Of a stretch of DNA of 45,390 nt, positions 18,701 through 26,193 are shown piece after piece. The notes beneath the pieces are model-generated. The model was not told where the DNA came from, ran no database searches, and worked only from the letters and a program-made list of their open reading frames with translations. The stretch is from Verrucomicrobiales bacterium. GTDB lineage: Bacteria; Verrucomicrobiota; Verrucomicrobiia; Verrucomicrobiales; SLCJ01. Position 1 is the first letter of the stretch. Every line of letters starts with the position of its first letter. Location of the stretch: contig JBJTQJ010000046.1 in assembly GCA_046075565.1 (NCBI GenBank), forward strand, positions 1-45,390. The letters are read 5' to 3'. A program made the translations under genes and the position numbers.

Positions 18701-21458
18701 GAATGGGAGCGGGCAACAAGGCACCGGCGGGATTCAGGATGGGGAACTCGGCCGCAAAGGTCGGCGAGATGTTGTAGGTGGTGAAGGAAAGATTACCACC
18801 CGGCGCGGTGATGGAACCAGCGATGGAAAGATTGGCGGCTTCGAAGTTCACCTCACCCAGCGGCGAGGCCGCGAGATTCATGCCGGATTGAACATGGATG
18901 TTCCCATCGGGGTTGCGCACCTTGAGTTTTCCGAAGCCATCTTCGTCGAGCAGGGCGGCGGGCAAGAACACCTTGGCCACACGATCCGCCGGCAGCAACG
19001 AGGCCGCGCCGCTGGCGAAATCGAAGCTCGGAACCGGGCTTCCACCTCCGCTGCCGAAAATGACGTCCGGAGGAAAGGGCGAGTAGGAGAGAAAACGGAA
19101 ATCCGAAGGACTGATGTCGAGGCGTTTCTCGCCCTCGAAAGCGATGGTCAGCGAGGACGGATCCGGCAGGCTGTCGCGCTGGCGCGGCCCCGGCACCGTG
19201 CGGCCGCGGAGGATACCATCGAGCGCCATGGACGGGGCCTTCAGGCTCAGGTTGCCGCCATTGGCGCCCGCGACATACGACTGTTCGTAGTGGGGCTGGC
19301 CGATGAGCGGAATGGAGAAGGTTTTGGTCACGCCCCAGCGAGCGTGGGTTTCATCGCGTTTGCCGGTGAAGATGCTGCTGTAGATGCGGTTGGGGGTGGC
19401 CTGCTCGATGGGAATGATCTGGCCGAGGTAGGTGAGCCAGGTGGTTTTCACCATCCCCGCCTCGTGCGCGTAGGTGCCGCCGGAAACATCCAGCACGGAA
19501 CCGGGCTGCGTGACGATGGAGCCACCGGAGGAAAACGAGATGTCTCCGCCCCGCGCGGTCAACTGGGCGGCGTTACGTTCGATCAAGCCGGCCAGACCGG
19601 TCGCATCACCGAGCGGCGTGCCAACCCAGAAGCGACCATTGAAGACTCCAGTCCGCCGGATATCCACGGTCAAGGGAATGCCGCGAAGGATACTCCCGCG
19701 TTGCAGGACGGCATCGGCGAGTTCCGCGCCGCGCAATTCGATATCGAGGATGCTGTGGGCCAACGGCACGAAGACGTCCGTGCTGCCGGAGACATTGACC
19801 ATGGCCTCGCGGCCGACATGGATCTGTCCGCTGGAAAGGAAGAACCGTTGCTTTCCGCCGGTCAATTGGTTGGGGAGACCGGGTTCGACATCACCATTGG
19901 CGTCGAAAATGGTGCGGTTGCCATCGGCATCGGTGTAAGGCCAGGTTCCGGCGCGCACGCTAACAAGACCGTTCGGCGCGAAGATGGTCGAGCGATCGCC
20001 AAGATGCACGACGGAACCCTCCATATTGATGCGCGAGCGTTCAGGCAAGGCAGTGCCGGGCACGGCCTTCGTGCTGGCATAATCGGGAAGAATGGCCGTC
20101 ACGGTGCCCGCGCCGGTGGTCACTAGGCCGGTATGCTGATAAAGGAAAGGCGGACCGCCACCACCAACGGCGCTTGGATTGTCGAAGTTCGGGTTTCCGA
20201 CCGCACCGTAACTGGCGATCAGGTCGATGCGTCCGTTGAGATTGACGGTGGTGGTGCTGCCGATGGCCCCGAGTTGTTCGACCCTGCGTCCGGTCATCAA
20301 CGCGCTTCCGGTCGGCACTTCGATCAATCCGCGGTTGGTCACGGTGCCGCCATACGTCCCGACAGCACCCACCCAGACGTCCAGACCGCGCAGACTCGGG
20401 TCTGCGCTGTCATGGGCGGCGATACCGACTTGCAAACCCGCCGCGAGAATCGTTTGTCCTGATTCGGTCGAGATGTGGCCTTCATTGACCACGTTCGGCG
20501 CAACCAGCATCATCCTGCCGCCGCTGCCGCCCTCGCCCGCCGGCGCGGTGAGTTTCGCTCCCGGTAAAACGCGGATATCGCCGAAGCGCCCGAGGGCGAC
20601 CGGAGGAACAGGTGGAGTGAACGGCGGCGTGCCATCCGATCCGCCGGGCACGGACAAACCGGAGAAAAGGAATTGCGCGTCCCTGTTGTTTAATAAACCT
20701 GATTGGACAAGATTGTCATTAATGGGCAGCGAGGAGGCGACCAGTGTGTGCAAGTTGATCTGGCTGGCACCGCCGAACAGGATGCCATTCGGGTTGATGA
20801 TATAAACCTGTCCCTGACCCTGGATGGAGCCGAGAATCTGGCTCGGGTTTCCCGTGGGATCGGTAACGCGGTTGAAAGCGATCCATTTGCCCGCGTCGAT
20901 TCCCCCCGCCGACTGGTCGAAGTTGACCGTAGTTTCCTTGCCGACATTGAACGTGCGCCACGACAACAGGGCCTGCTGCTGGGTCTGGCGGATGTTGACA
21001 TTGGTCCGTCCCCCCGATTGGGTCTGGGTGGGCAGATTGGCCCCCGCCCACTGGGCCGTGCCGAGACCGACGCCGGGATCGACCTGCAAGCCTCCGATGC
21101 CCAGTCCATTGGGAACATCGGGCAAGGGAGTGCCCGGGAAATTCGGATTCTCGCCGAGGTTGTTGCCTTGGCGGGCGGCGGCGGCGGCCCGTGCGGCCGC
21201 CTGCATGTTGCGGACGGAATCGAGGGCCTGGCTGGTGCGCTTGAGCGCGTCCTGGCTGTTGCGGCGAGCTTCGGCGGCGGCAGCCGATATGGCGGCGTTG
21301 GCTTCCGCCGACCGTTTCCCGTTCTCCTGATACGCGGCTCCTCCCCGGAGGATGTCACCGGCCAAAACGCGGATCGGAGATACGATGGTACCGCCGATCA
21401 CGCCGAGGGCGACCAGACTCCGGTAGAGAAGGCGTTGGCGCAAGGACGTCCGGGCCAT
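9747..21458 (-). CDS. Giant filamentous-haemagglutinin-family (TpsA-like) exoprotein with TPS secretion domain and DUF3739-like C-terminus, 3903 aa
   Basis: Signal peptide; TPS domain (ALLSWRTFNVG...NRVTD...SQILGSI...VYIINPNGILFG); Gly-rich beta-helical repeats; C-terminal TLRGGDITMWSSTGDIAAG...LIAPQGVVDAGDAGIRATGNL block. Confidence 0.92.
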   Translation of the reverse strand: MARTSLRQRLLYRSLVALGVIGGTIVSPIRVLAGDILRGGAAYQENGKRSAEANAAISAAAAEARRNSQDALKRTSQALDSVRNMQAAARAAAAARQGNNLGENPNFPGTPLPDVPNGLGIGGLQVDPGVGLGTAQWAGANLPTQTQSGGRTNVNIRQTQQQALLSWRTFNVGKETTVNFDQSAGGIDAGKWIAFNRVTDPTGNPSQILGSIQGQGQVYIINPNGILFGGASQINLHTLVASSLPINDNLVQSGLLNNRDAQFLFSGLSVPGGSDGTPPFTPPVPPVALGRFGDIRVLPGAKLTAPAGEGGSGGRMMLVAPNVVNEGHISTESGQTILAAGLQVGIAAHDSADPSLRGLDVWVGAVGTYGGTVTNRGLIEVPTGSALMTGRRVEQLGAIGSTTTVNLNGRIDLIASYGAVGNPNFDNPSAVGGGGPPFLYQHTGLVTTGAGTVTAILPDYASTKAVPGTALPERSRINMEGSVVHLGDRSTIFAPNGLVSVRAGTWPYTDADGNRTIFDANGDVEPGLPNQLTGGKQRFFLSSGQIHVGREAMVNVSGSTDVFVPLAHSILDIELRGAELADAVLQRGSILRGIPLTVDIRRTGVFNGRFWVGTPLGDATGLAGLIERNAAQLTARGGDISFSSGGSIVTQPGSVLDVSGGTYAHEAGMVKTTWLTYLGQIIPIEQATPNRIYSSIFTGKRDETHARWGVTKTFSIPLIGQPHYEQSYVAGANGGNLSLKAPSMALDGILRGRTVPGPRQRDSLPDPSSLTIAFEGEKRLDISPSDFRFLSYSPFPPDVIFGSGGGSPVPSFDFASGAASLLPADRVAKVFLPAALLDEDGFGKLKVRNPDGNIHVQSGMNLAASPLGEVNFEAANLSIAGSITAPGGNLSFTTYNISPTFAAEFPILNPAGALLPAPIPGRGIFSLGGGGRLSTAGLIVNDRPGSPTMLKDPIVIKGGNISIATFDALLSPGSAIDVSGGLRATREGITYGDGGSISILSGRDVTMTNVTGGRMLLGSELSGYSGATGGSLTLQANLIQIGGGARFPGTLLLQPDFFQRGGFTKYTLNGIGMDSDEVAAPGEPDTYVPGLLVAPGTIIEPRAESLLAVGNQWGNPGLEIRRILKPEGLRKPVSLSLGALGADDNFTIDKLEVRGDLVLGRGSRISVEPGASVALSGQTVSVFGSVFAPGGSITVRGASSFPIPPSQAPLVTAARPTVHLAAGSVLSTAGVVQYVPDAFGRRLGTVFGGGSISVFGNIIAERGALLDVSGTSGILDIHPSWLGIFEDPIVPYNSGLNSPLWSRRAIATRIDSSGGTLDLQGSEMLFTDATLLGKAGGPTATGGTLSIFSGRFYPQGATRTGADINLVVTQNGQTIAATNTNPGIGRFVLNGSGAPMSGMGYFAADSFHRGGFASLDLGAKYLSSASPIPYGGNVKFVGPVNINADGMLRVAAGGVIEADSAVNLRASYIAIGQPFRAPDHPSDTISYFKIDPALTGSEFTFAPTNGPGSLSLFADLIDIGTLSMQNIGTAKFRSTGDIRGNGIVSMAGNLTLDAAQIYPTTLAKFSIFAHDSAAGPGSITVLGNGSAAPVPYSAGGELSLYATTIRQDGILRAPMGTIRLGWDGTDLDLSDADLDRPVNPIAGSLAPVTATASVTLGTGSVTSVAAMEGGRSLLIPFGLSPDGLTWIDPRGVDVTLNGLPTRNVLIGGTNVTTEAGSLIDLRGGGELLAFRWLPGPGGSVDLLGTASSEWTGGTEYEAGDLVTLNGETWSARLAHSGVRPATNLYWTRVSDSWAILPGFGRNFAPYAPFNSGPNAAALGGDPGYGSGSLRIGDVIQLGASPGLSAGTYTLLPRRYALLPGSFLVTPQAGMPVGTFNLPDGASLVAGMRYNSFQRPERLPPIWSRYEVAPRDVVLARAEYELFEAGSFMPEAARRVNATTVQTLPADAGYLSFGTTGTMSLLGSISAAPAAGGKGARADINASGNIRIVGGTGSDDPAALNLRAEQLASWGIESLLIGGARRNTPTGIVVDTRATNLTLDNPGSVFSGPDIILTAREKLEVTGGSNLRATAAPVGGAEMLTVNGDGALVRASGDAGAGILRSNLGSGTSALLEIGDGASFTAAGLILDSSYGTSLSSTAVLDARALTLGSGQISIVLPGASGSLAGSLVNPHLVLSGATLQEVQLLESLNLRSYRTLDIYGDGTFGRPDLAHLSISGAGIRGYRNSGGPVTIRAGELFLGNESAVAAVAAPPVSGGSLVLETTRTTLGANDFAIAGYSTTTLGATSAITSTGTGRLGVTGDLIFRTPVLTGERGSTRTITTGGDFTLLDPGGPGGIVPGIGAALVINAAAVDLRSDILLPSGKLEAVARTGNLRVAGNLNVEGVAQGFHDLTRYADAGSILLAADSGSVNLEAGSRVSVAAQPGGGNAGSLVIRSPGGAFGNNGVLLGDGGTGGRDGSFQLDAATIPGFDTLSASLNAGGFTESRQFRLRTGDITIGGPITARSFTLLADAGSITVDAQIDASGLTGGLIQLGARDNVKLTGNAVLTARASEFNSAGKGGEIRLEAGNQINGTVNSSAIVDIATGAVLDLRVDEFVAGGYLTPGSSASRGQLTGTLHLRAPRTANDVGISSLLGDIRGASSIVVEGYRLYDITGSGNLTTTLRGTMNTQAQAFINANEAAITTRLLVGAPGAAMLGASLVLAPGVEIINRTGDLNLGTPNADNGNATTLSTGDWDLSTFRYGSKGAPGVLTLRAAGDIVFNNTLSDGFNPVAVTADNGHSAMWLATLMTLNPNLPMNTQSWSYGITAGADFSSAGRGTVLPQSALAAGKGSVLVGEFYSAIPNTATTGTAAAIGSNGQTADTIRISTSNTNLGTRFEVIRTGTGGIDVNAGRDVQLRNQFATIYTAGVAVPVPTTVFQANDFAVPVIPTALNRHPSQAGGAGSTLGAIQQLYQPAWTLAGGNLNLRAQGDIGRFTRLNGNIIADSSRQMPTNWLYRRGYVDPATGLFASDGGVDSTPIISSITDPSTSTTWWIDFSNFFQGVGALGGGDVSISAGRDVVNLDAVIPTNARMAGIDPSTGGNLAPSAERLLEWGGGDLSVIAGRDISGGVYYTERGNGELFAGGEITTNAARTLSLGILDTSTPAVLEEVTWMPTTLFTGKSDFRVAARGDVLLGPAINPFLLPQGLNNRYWYKTFFQTYGENSGIDAASFGGSVTHRHSVTLPGSSSARSIVGAWFETQNLFTGVESAFVSSNFQPWLRLNELGLGQYSEVFTLGAPNLRSTAFAGDVNLVGDLTLFPSAKGQVELLASGSVVGLQPTGTGSVGGRNVQVWTSATLNLSDADPAAFPAITSPLGYQTFTGRNRIAALQGNIDALDQIGLSIVETGSYAGASASIQVKQALHAPGLLHAGALNPLRVSAVDGDITGFTLFSPKASRLHAGRDITDIAFYLQNIAGDDITIVSSGRDVIPFNTNAPVRSIANNLALGNAVGDPAAATADGRGTSAMAGDIQINGPGVLEVLAGRNIDLGTGPNFTDGRGVGITSIGNARNPFLPFAGADILALAGVGGTSGGPALGLSGSNLDFDAFIAQYLAGGPEGTSAYMESIGAASFASLNPEQQAIVALEEFYRILAAAGETAATTGNYDEGYAAIEVLFGRAGGAGDIFTRARDIRTSTGGNISLAAPGGGLTMASDIFGNPLTPPGVVTEYGGGISMFTDGSVDIGQARIFTLRGGDITMWSSTGDIAAGSSPRTVVTAPPTRVLVDVTSANIQTDLGGLATGGGIGVLAAVEGVEAGNVALIAPQGVVDAGDAGIRATGNLTIAATAVLNASNIQVAGGTAGVPSAPAVAAPNIGGLTAASSAAAATTNTATQMAQPKKEEEEDEKEEAPSIIEVEVLGYGGGEEAIP

Positions 21459-21465
21459 GGGAGAA

Positions 21466-22371
21466 TCACTTTGCGGGCGGTGCCGCCGGGAGCACTTTGG
21501 ACAAGATCATTTCGTTGATGGCGATAGGATTGTCCTGAAGCAGCTTGGCCAAGTATTCCTGGGCCAACATCCGCTCGCGCTCCGCTTTCAGGCGGGCGGA
21601 TAGCTGCGGTCGGATTTGGTCCAAAGTGGGTGTGTAGGGTTCGCGCGAATCGAGCAGCTTGAGGATGTGCCAGCCGCCATCGAGACGGATCGCTTCGGAA
21701 ACCTGACCCAAGGCGAGCTTGGGCAGCACATCGCGGATGCCCGGTTGAATCTGTTCTTCGGTTAGCCACCCGATCTCTCCGCCCCGTGCGGCGCTGCCCG
21801 CCTCTTCGCTGTTGGCGGTGGCGATGGCGGAAAAGTCTGCATCTTTGGCAGCGAGCGAAGCCTGCACTTTCGCCAACTTTTCCTTCGCTCCTCCGGCAGG
21901 AGCAGCCTTCGGATCCGCGATGAAGACTTGGGCAAGGCGATAGGACTTGGTCACGCGGAGCGCGGCCTTGTTAGATTCATAGGCGGCCTGCAACTCCGCT
22001 TCCCCGGGATACCCGGCCGCGGTCTGGCTTTTCGATTCGAGGAATGTGCTGGTCACAATGGTCTCGCGGAGTTTTTCGAGCCGCTCGGTGACCACGGCTT
22101 GTTTTTCCCAGCCGACAGCCTTGGCTTCGCGGAGGAGAAGTTGCTGCGTGAGAACAGAGCGGACAAACTGCCCGAGCGCTCCGGGATCCCGGCGCAGGCT
22201 CTCTTTTTCAACATCAGTCAGCGCGGCCACTTTCGCGCGCACTTCCTCGAGACTCACGGAGGCTTCGCCCACGGAGGCAATGGTTTCCTTGCCATTCTCC
22301 TGGGCAATCAGGGAAAGGGAGGCGAGTTGGCTGGCGCAGACAATCAATCGGATCGAATGGGGAATTTTCAT
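21466..22371 (-). CDS. Periplasmic parvulin (PpiC-type) peptidyl-prolyl isomerase / SurA-like chaperone
   Basis: YRLAQVFI...ADFSAIATANSEEAGSAARGGEIGW...GQVSEAIRLDGGWHILKL rotamase pattern; signal peptide. Start 22371 (ATG) or 22395 (TTG). Confidence 0.88.
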   Translation of the reverse strand: MKIPHSIRLIVCASQLASLSLIAQENGKETIASVGEASVSLEEVRAKVAALTDVEKESLRRDPGALGQFVRSVLTQQLLLREAKAVGWEKQAVVTERLEKLRETIVTSTFLESKSQTAAGYPGEAELQAAYESNKAALRVTKSYRLAQVFIADPKAAPAGGAKEKLAKVQASLAAKDADFSAIATANSEEAGSAARGGEIGWLTEEQIQPGIRDVLPKLALGQVSEAIRLDGGWHILKLLDSREPYTPTLDQIRPQLSARLKAERERMLAQEYLAKLLQDNPIAINEMILSKVLPAAPPAK

Positions 22372-22391
22372 TGCGGATGGGATGGGGAGTT

Positions 22392-23135
22392 TCAAGGTTG
22401 GGTCGGTGCGGAAGGCACGACCTTTTCTAGGTCGGCAGGTTGCGACAGGGCCGCAGGACTGGACGGACTGGCCGGAACGGATGGTTTTGCGGGATCACCG
22501 GTGCGGATGAGTCCGTCGGCGAGTTTGTCGCGGTAGTCTTGGATTTGTTCCTCCAGTTTCACACGGGCGAGTCCCGTGAAGGGCTCGCGCGCGGCGAGGG
22601 CGCGCCCGAGGGAGAACTTCTCGTAACGTCCGAGGATTTCCTTCGCGGTCTGAAAGAGTTCCAGATTGCGGCGTTCACGGTCAGCCACCTTCTGTTCCAG
22701 CACCGACGCTTTGGAGGCGAGGCCAGCTCGTTCTTCTTCCTTCACGCGCGCCACTTTCGCCAACTCGGCATGGGATGCCTGCCATTTGGTAAGCGATGCG
22801 GCAAGGGCTTCGAGCCGGGCCGCACGTTGACCGAGTTCTTTCTCCTGCTCTGCGATCTTTTTCGCCGACTCCTCGCGTTCGTTGGTCGTGCGCGTGGTCA
22901 ATTCGGCGAAGCGCGCTTCGGCTGCTTTCTTCTCTTTTTCACTCGAGGCTTTCAATAGCTCGAGATCGGCGAGAGCCTGGGCCTTCTCGGTCTGGGCCGC
23001 ACGCAATTGCTGCGTGGTGGCGCGAAGGGAATCGCGCAGCTTCGCTTCCACCGCGCTGGCTTCAGCCGCATCTTGAGCGAGCAGGGCGCAGGATCCAAAG
23101 GCAAGGGTGATGAGGATAGTGGTGATGGAACGCAT
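22392..23135 (-). CDS. Exported coiled-coil protein of unknown function
   Basis: Signal peptide MRSITTILITLAFGSCALLA; long heptad-rich helix; conserved-looking end EPFTGLARVKLEEQIQDYRDKL. Tightly packed in the operon. Confidence 0.8.
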   Translation of the reverse strand: MRSITTILITLAFGSCALLAQDAAEASAVEAKLRDSLRATTQQLRAAQTEKAQALADLELLKASSEKEKKAAEARFAELTTRTTNEREESAKKIAEQEKELGQRAARLEALAASLTKWQASHAELAKVARVKEEERAGLASKASVLEQKVADRERRNLELFQTAKEILGRYEKFSLGRALAAREPFTGLARVKLEEQIQDYRDKLADGLIRTGDPAKPSVPASPSSPAALSQPADLEKVVPSAPTQP

Positions 23136-23140
23136 GGGAA

Positions 23141-25042
23141 TCAGAAGCTGGCATTGAGATCGATGAGCAGGAGATCCGACTTGAGGGGCGGTCCGGCGAT
23201 TTCGTTGCCCGACATCCAGCGGAGACGGAAGACGACATCCTGGCTCACGGCAAGCGAACCGCCGAGCATGAACCCCTCGGTGTTGGTGCCACCGAACCAG
23301 TCGGAATCCACCAGGGCATCAAGGAGAGCGTCGCTCTCGATATAGCGGTATCCGAATTCCATGTTCCAATCCCATTTCTCCTTGGGTTTCGGTTCTCCGA
23401 ATTGGATACCGACATTCCAGGCGGTGTCGCCGCCGGCGTAATTGCCGACACTCGCGCCTTCGGCCACCGGACCGCGGTTGTTGACGGCCGTTGCTCCGAT
23501 GTCAACAGGGTCATGGGCGAGGTTGACTGCGTATTCACCGAACAGGCCGATGCGCACGGGTTCAAAATGGTCGAGGTCGATACGACCCGTGTAATTGAGC
23601 ACGCGGAATTCGGAAGCGAGGCCGAAATACTGCCACTGCTTGGATGTTCCAAAATCGTTCAAAGGATCGGCGATGATGTCGCGCAAGGCCATGTAGGTGT
23701 TTCCGCGCTGGGCAAAGCCGGGCCGGCGCGCGTCGGTATCCCCAGCATCCTTGGTGCTGAGGGGCAGATATGGAGTCGAGCGTTCTCCCTGAATGTTGTC
23801 GAAATCAAAATAACCGACGCCGAACTTGGCCGAGACATCTTTGGCGGGCTTGAAGCCAACGCCACCCTGCGCTCCATAGAGCCAGCGGTCGGTGCTCTCG
23901 AACTTGTCGGGATTATTGGTCGAGAAGTTGAGCGAGGTATTGAAGATGGGGAACATCCCGGCGTTGAGGAAGGGCATGACACCTGGAGCGATTTCGCGGC
24001 GGGCCTGCAAGCTGAGCCCGTCAAAGCCGAGATCGTCATCCCAAATCATGCTGCTGGTGCTGTAAAACGGGTTGTCGAATCTCCCGGCCTGGAAAGTGAC
24101 ACCGTAATCCGGTTGCCAGGGAAGCGGTGCTTTGTCATCGGAAACCGGTGCCACCGCATCAGGCAGGATTTCGTAACGAATGTAGCCCCGATCCAGCCAG
24201 AGCGAGTATTTGCTGAAGTTTCCACCGCCGGCACCCAGACGCTGGTTCGGGCTAACCGGGCTGGCGTCATTGCCCGTGGCCGCCCTCAGGCCGAGGCTCC
24301 ACCCGTCTCCGAGCAATGCCTCGACTCCCAAACGGGCGCGCAATTGCATGGAAGTGCGATCTTCGTCCACATTCAATTGAGGAGAGAAGTCGGTCCCCGC
24401 CACATCAAACGGCTCGCCGGTATTGATGGCATTAAAATCGGGAAAGGCCCCGGTGTTGTCATTCGCATTCTCGGGGAAATACTGGCCGGTGAAGCGGGCA
24501 CGCACATCGCCGGAGAAGGTGAAATTCTCCGAACCAGATTTATTGAATTGGAAGGAGCCTTCCTTGGCCTCGCGCAGAAGGTCCGCCTTGATCTCCTCCT
24601 GAAGACGCTGGCGCACGGGATCGGGCACATGCGTGACGACGACATCTCCATCCGTGGCCATCGAAGCGTCGGCGGCGATGAGTGCGGCGGCAGCGGAAGC
24701 CTGTCTGGCCATGGCGGCCTCCTGCTCCGCTTGCGCCATCATGGTCTCGGCTTCGGCTTTGGTGAGCACTCCCTTGCTGACAAGGATGCGGATCAGATTG
24801 ACCACGGCGGTTTCCGAAGGCAGCGCGCCGGCATCCGGTTGTTCGGGCGGCAGGAGGTTCTCCGCAAGCATGGGAGGTTCGGCCAGCAACTTTTCCAGTT
24901 CTTCCTCGGCTGGCGGCTCACCGAAGCCGGGCAAAGCACCGGGAGGCGGTGAGGGCGGAGATTCTTCCGCGGGAAGAGCGAGGCCGGGCCATCCGGCGGC
25001 AAGGAGCAGGAGCGGCAGTTGGTGACGGAGGATTGATGTCAT
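23141..25042 (-). CDS. Putative outer-membrane porin (Porin_5-like beta-barrel)
   Basis: Signal peptide; N-terminal LIRILVSKGVLTKAEA helix; barrel begins FSGDVRARF; LWLDRGYIRY, WDDDLGFDG; C-terminal IDLNASF with terminal Phe. Confidence 0.82.
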   Translation of the reverse strand: MTSILRHQLPLLLLAAGWPGLALPAEESPPSPPPGALPGFGEPPAEEELEKLLAEPPMLAENLLPPEQPDAGALPSETAVVNLIRILVSKGVLTKAEAETMMAQAEQEAAMARQASAAAALIAADASMATDGDVVVTHVPDPVRQRLQEEIKADLLREAKEGSFQFNKSGSENFTFSGDVRARFTGQYFPENANDNTGAFPDFNAINTGEPFDVAGTDFSPQLNVDEDRTSMQLRARLGVEALLGDGWSLGLRAATGNDASPVSPNQRLGAGGGNFSKYSLWLDRGYIRYEILPDAVAPVSDDKAPLPWQPDYGVTFQAGRFDNPFYSTSSMIWDDDLGFDGLSLQARREIAPGVMPFLNAGMFPIFNTSLNFSTNNPDKFESTDRWLYGAQGGVGFKPAKDVSAKFGVGYFDFDNIQGERSTPYLPLSTKDAGDTDARRPGFAQRGNTYMALRDIIADPLNDFGTSKQWQYFGLASEFRVLNYTGRIDLDHFEPVRIGLFGEYAVNLAHDPVDIGATAVNNRGPVAEGASVGNYAGGDTAWNVGIQFGEPKPKEKWDWNMEFGYRYIESDALLDALVDSDWFGGTNTEGFMLGGSLAVSQDVVFRLRWMSGNEIAGPPLKSDLLLIDLNASF

Positions 25043-25049
25043 GGGGAAT

Positions 25050-25772
25050 TTAATTCGAGGGACGGGCGGTGATGCGCAGGTGGATGGGCATGGGCATGTC
25101 TGAAGGCGGCGGCTCGGGAAGTTGAAGACCCGGCAGAATATCCTCTCGGAGGGCGGCGTCGAGGTCGGAGCGGCCGGTGCTTCCGACGAGTTGCGCGCGG
25201 GTGACTCGACCGATGGAATCGGCCCAAATGCGCACTTGCAGCGTCATCCGCGCGGAGCGGGTGCGGGGATCTCCGCGCAAGGCCTGGGCAATGGTCGTTT
25301 GCACGCGGGCGGCGTAGGACCCGTATTTCGTGCCGGAACGGCGCGAGGGCCCGCCGATGCCTTTGCCTCCGAGGCTGCCTCCTCCTCCTTTGCCCGCTTT
25401 CAATCCGAATCCATCGTCCCCATCACCTGCGACGGTGGTCGTCATCGCCTCGGGCTCCGCCGCGGGAGCGTCTTCGGGAGGAGCTTCGACGGGAGCTTCT
25501 TCCTGCACAAACTCCTCGACTTTCTGTTCGGCCACATCCGGCGGTGGGGGAGGTTCTTCCTTCGGCGGCGGAGGAGGTGGTGGGGGGGGAGGTGGGGGAG
25601 CCAAATCCACCATCTGGATCCGCTTGGCCGGCTTTTTTGGGGCTTCCTTGGGACCGGAGGCAAATTTCATGTACGCTCCGATGCCGGCTCCGCAGAGCAG
25701 TAACGCGATGAGCCATCCGCGATGGCGGGCGAAAAACCCGCGGTCGTCGTTGTCGTCGTAAGGATCGTTCAT
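25050..25772 (-). CDS. TonB/TolA-family energy transducer
   Basis: Single N-terminal TM helix, poly-Pro spacer, Gly-rich linker, TonB/TolA-type C-terminal domain (LQVRIWADSIGRVTRAQLVGSTGRSDLDAAL). Confidence 0.88.
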   Translation of the reverse strand: MNDPYDDNDDRGFFARHRGWLIALLLCGAGIGAYMKFASGPKEAPKKPAKRIQMVDLAPPPPPPPPPPPPKEEPPPPPDVAEQKVEEFVQEEAPVEAPPEDAPAAEPEAMTTTVAGDGDDGFGLKAGKGGGGSLGGKGIGGPSRRSGTKYGSYAARVQTTIAQALRGDPRTRSARMTLQVRIWADSIGRVTRAQLVGSTGRSDLDAALREDILPGLQLPEPPPSDMPMPIHLRITARPSN

Positions 25773-25790
25773 CGTTTCAGGAAGGGTGGA

Positions 25791-26192
25791 TTATTTCGGC
25801 GCCTGGGTGGCGAGGCCGATTTTCGTGATGCCGACACGTCCGATGACATCGAGCACGTCCATGATGCCCTGGTACTGCGTCCCCCGGTCGCCGCGCACCA
25901 CGACGGGAAACTCCGGGTTCTTCGTCTTATGCTCGGAGAGACGTTGTTCGAGTTCCTGCAAGGTCACCGGCACGGTATCGAGGAAGATTTTGCCTTCATT
26001 GTTGACGGTGATGGCGCGTCCCTTCGGACCGCTGATTTCCGGAGCCTTGGCGCTACCCCGGGGAAGGTCCACCTTCATTCCCTGCACACCGGCCGTGGTC
26101 ATGATGATGAAGATCAGCAACAGCACGAGGTAGAGATCCACCATCGGTGTGACATTGATGTCGTCGTAGGATTTGTCGTCGCCGGCCTGCAT
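25791..26192 (-). CDS. exbD: ExbD/TolR family biopolymer transport protein
   Basis: DINVTPMVDLYLVLLLIFII with the essential Asp; VVVRGDRGTQYQGIMDVLD...KIGL. ATG at 26192 immediately follows the exbB stop. Confidence 0.93.
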   Translation of the reverse strand: MQAGDDKSYDDINVTPMVDLYLVLLLIFIIMTTAGVQGMKVDLPRGSAKAPEISGPKGRAITVNNEGKIFLDTVPVTLQELEQRLSEHKTKNPEFPVVVRGDRGTQYQGIMDVLDVIGRVGITKIGLATQAPK

Positions 26193-26193
26193 G

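Noticed and set aside
17802-20126. 774-aa plus-strand ORF, and similar long ORFs at 23402-24952, 26608-27981, 28410-29660, 35512-36744 and 39178-40503
   Set aside because: They lie antisense to well-supported genes, lack recognisable motifs, and are expected shadows in high-GC DNA.
8828-21458. Contact-dependent inhibition (CdiBAI) toxin system with SEL1 as the immunity protein
   Set aside because: The exoprotein ends in a DUF3739-like block and a low-complexity tail with no VENN/pre-toxin motif or toxin-like domain, and the operon includes motor and porin genes foreign to CDI loci.
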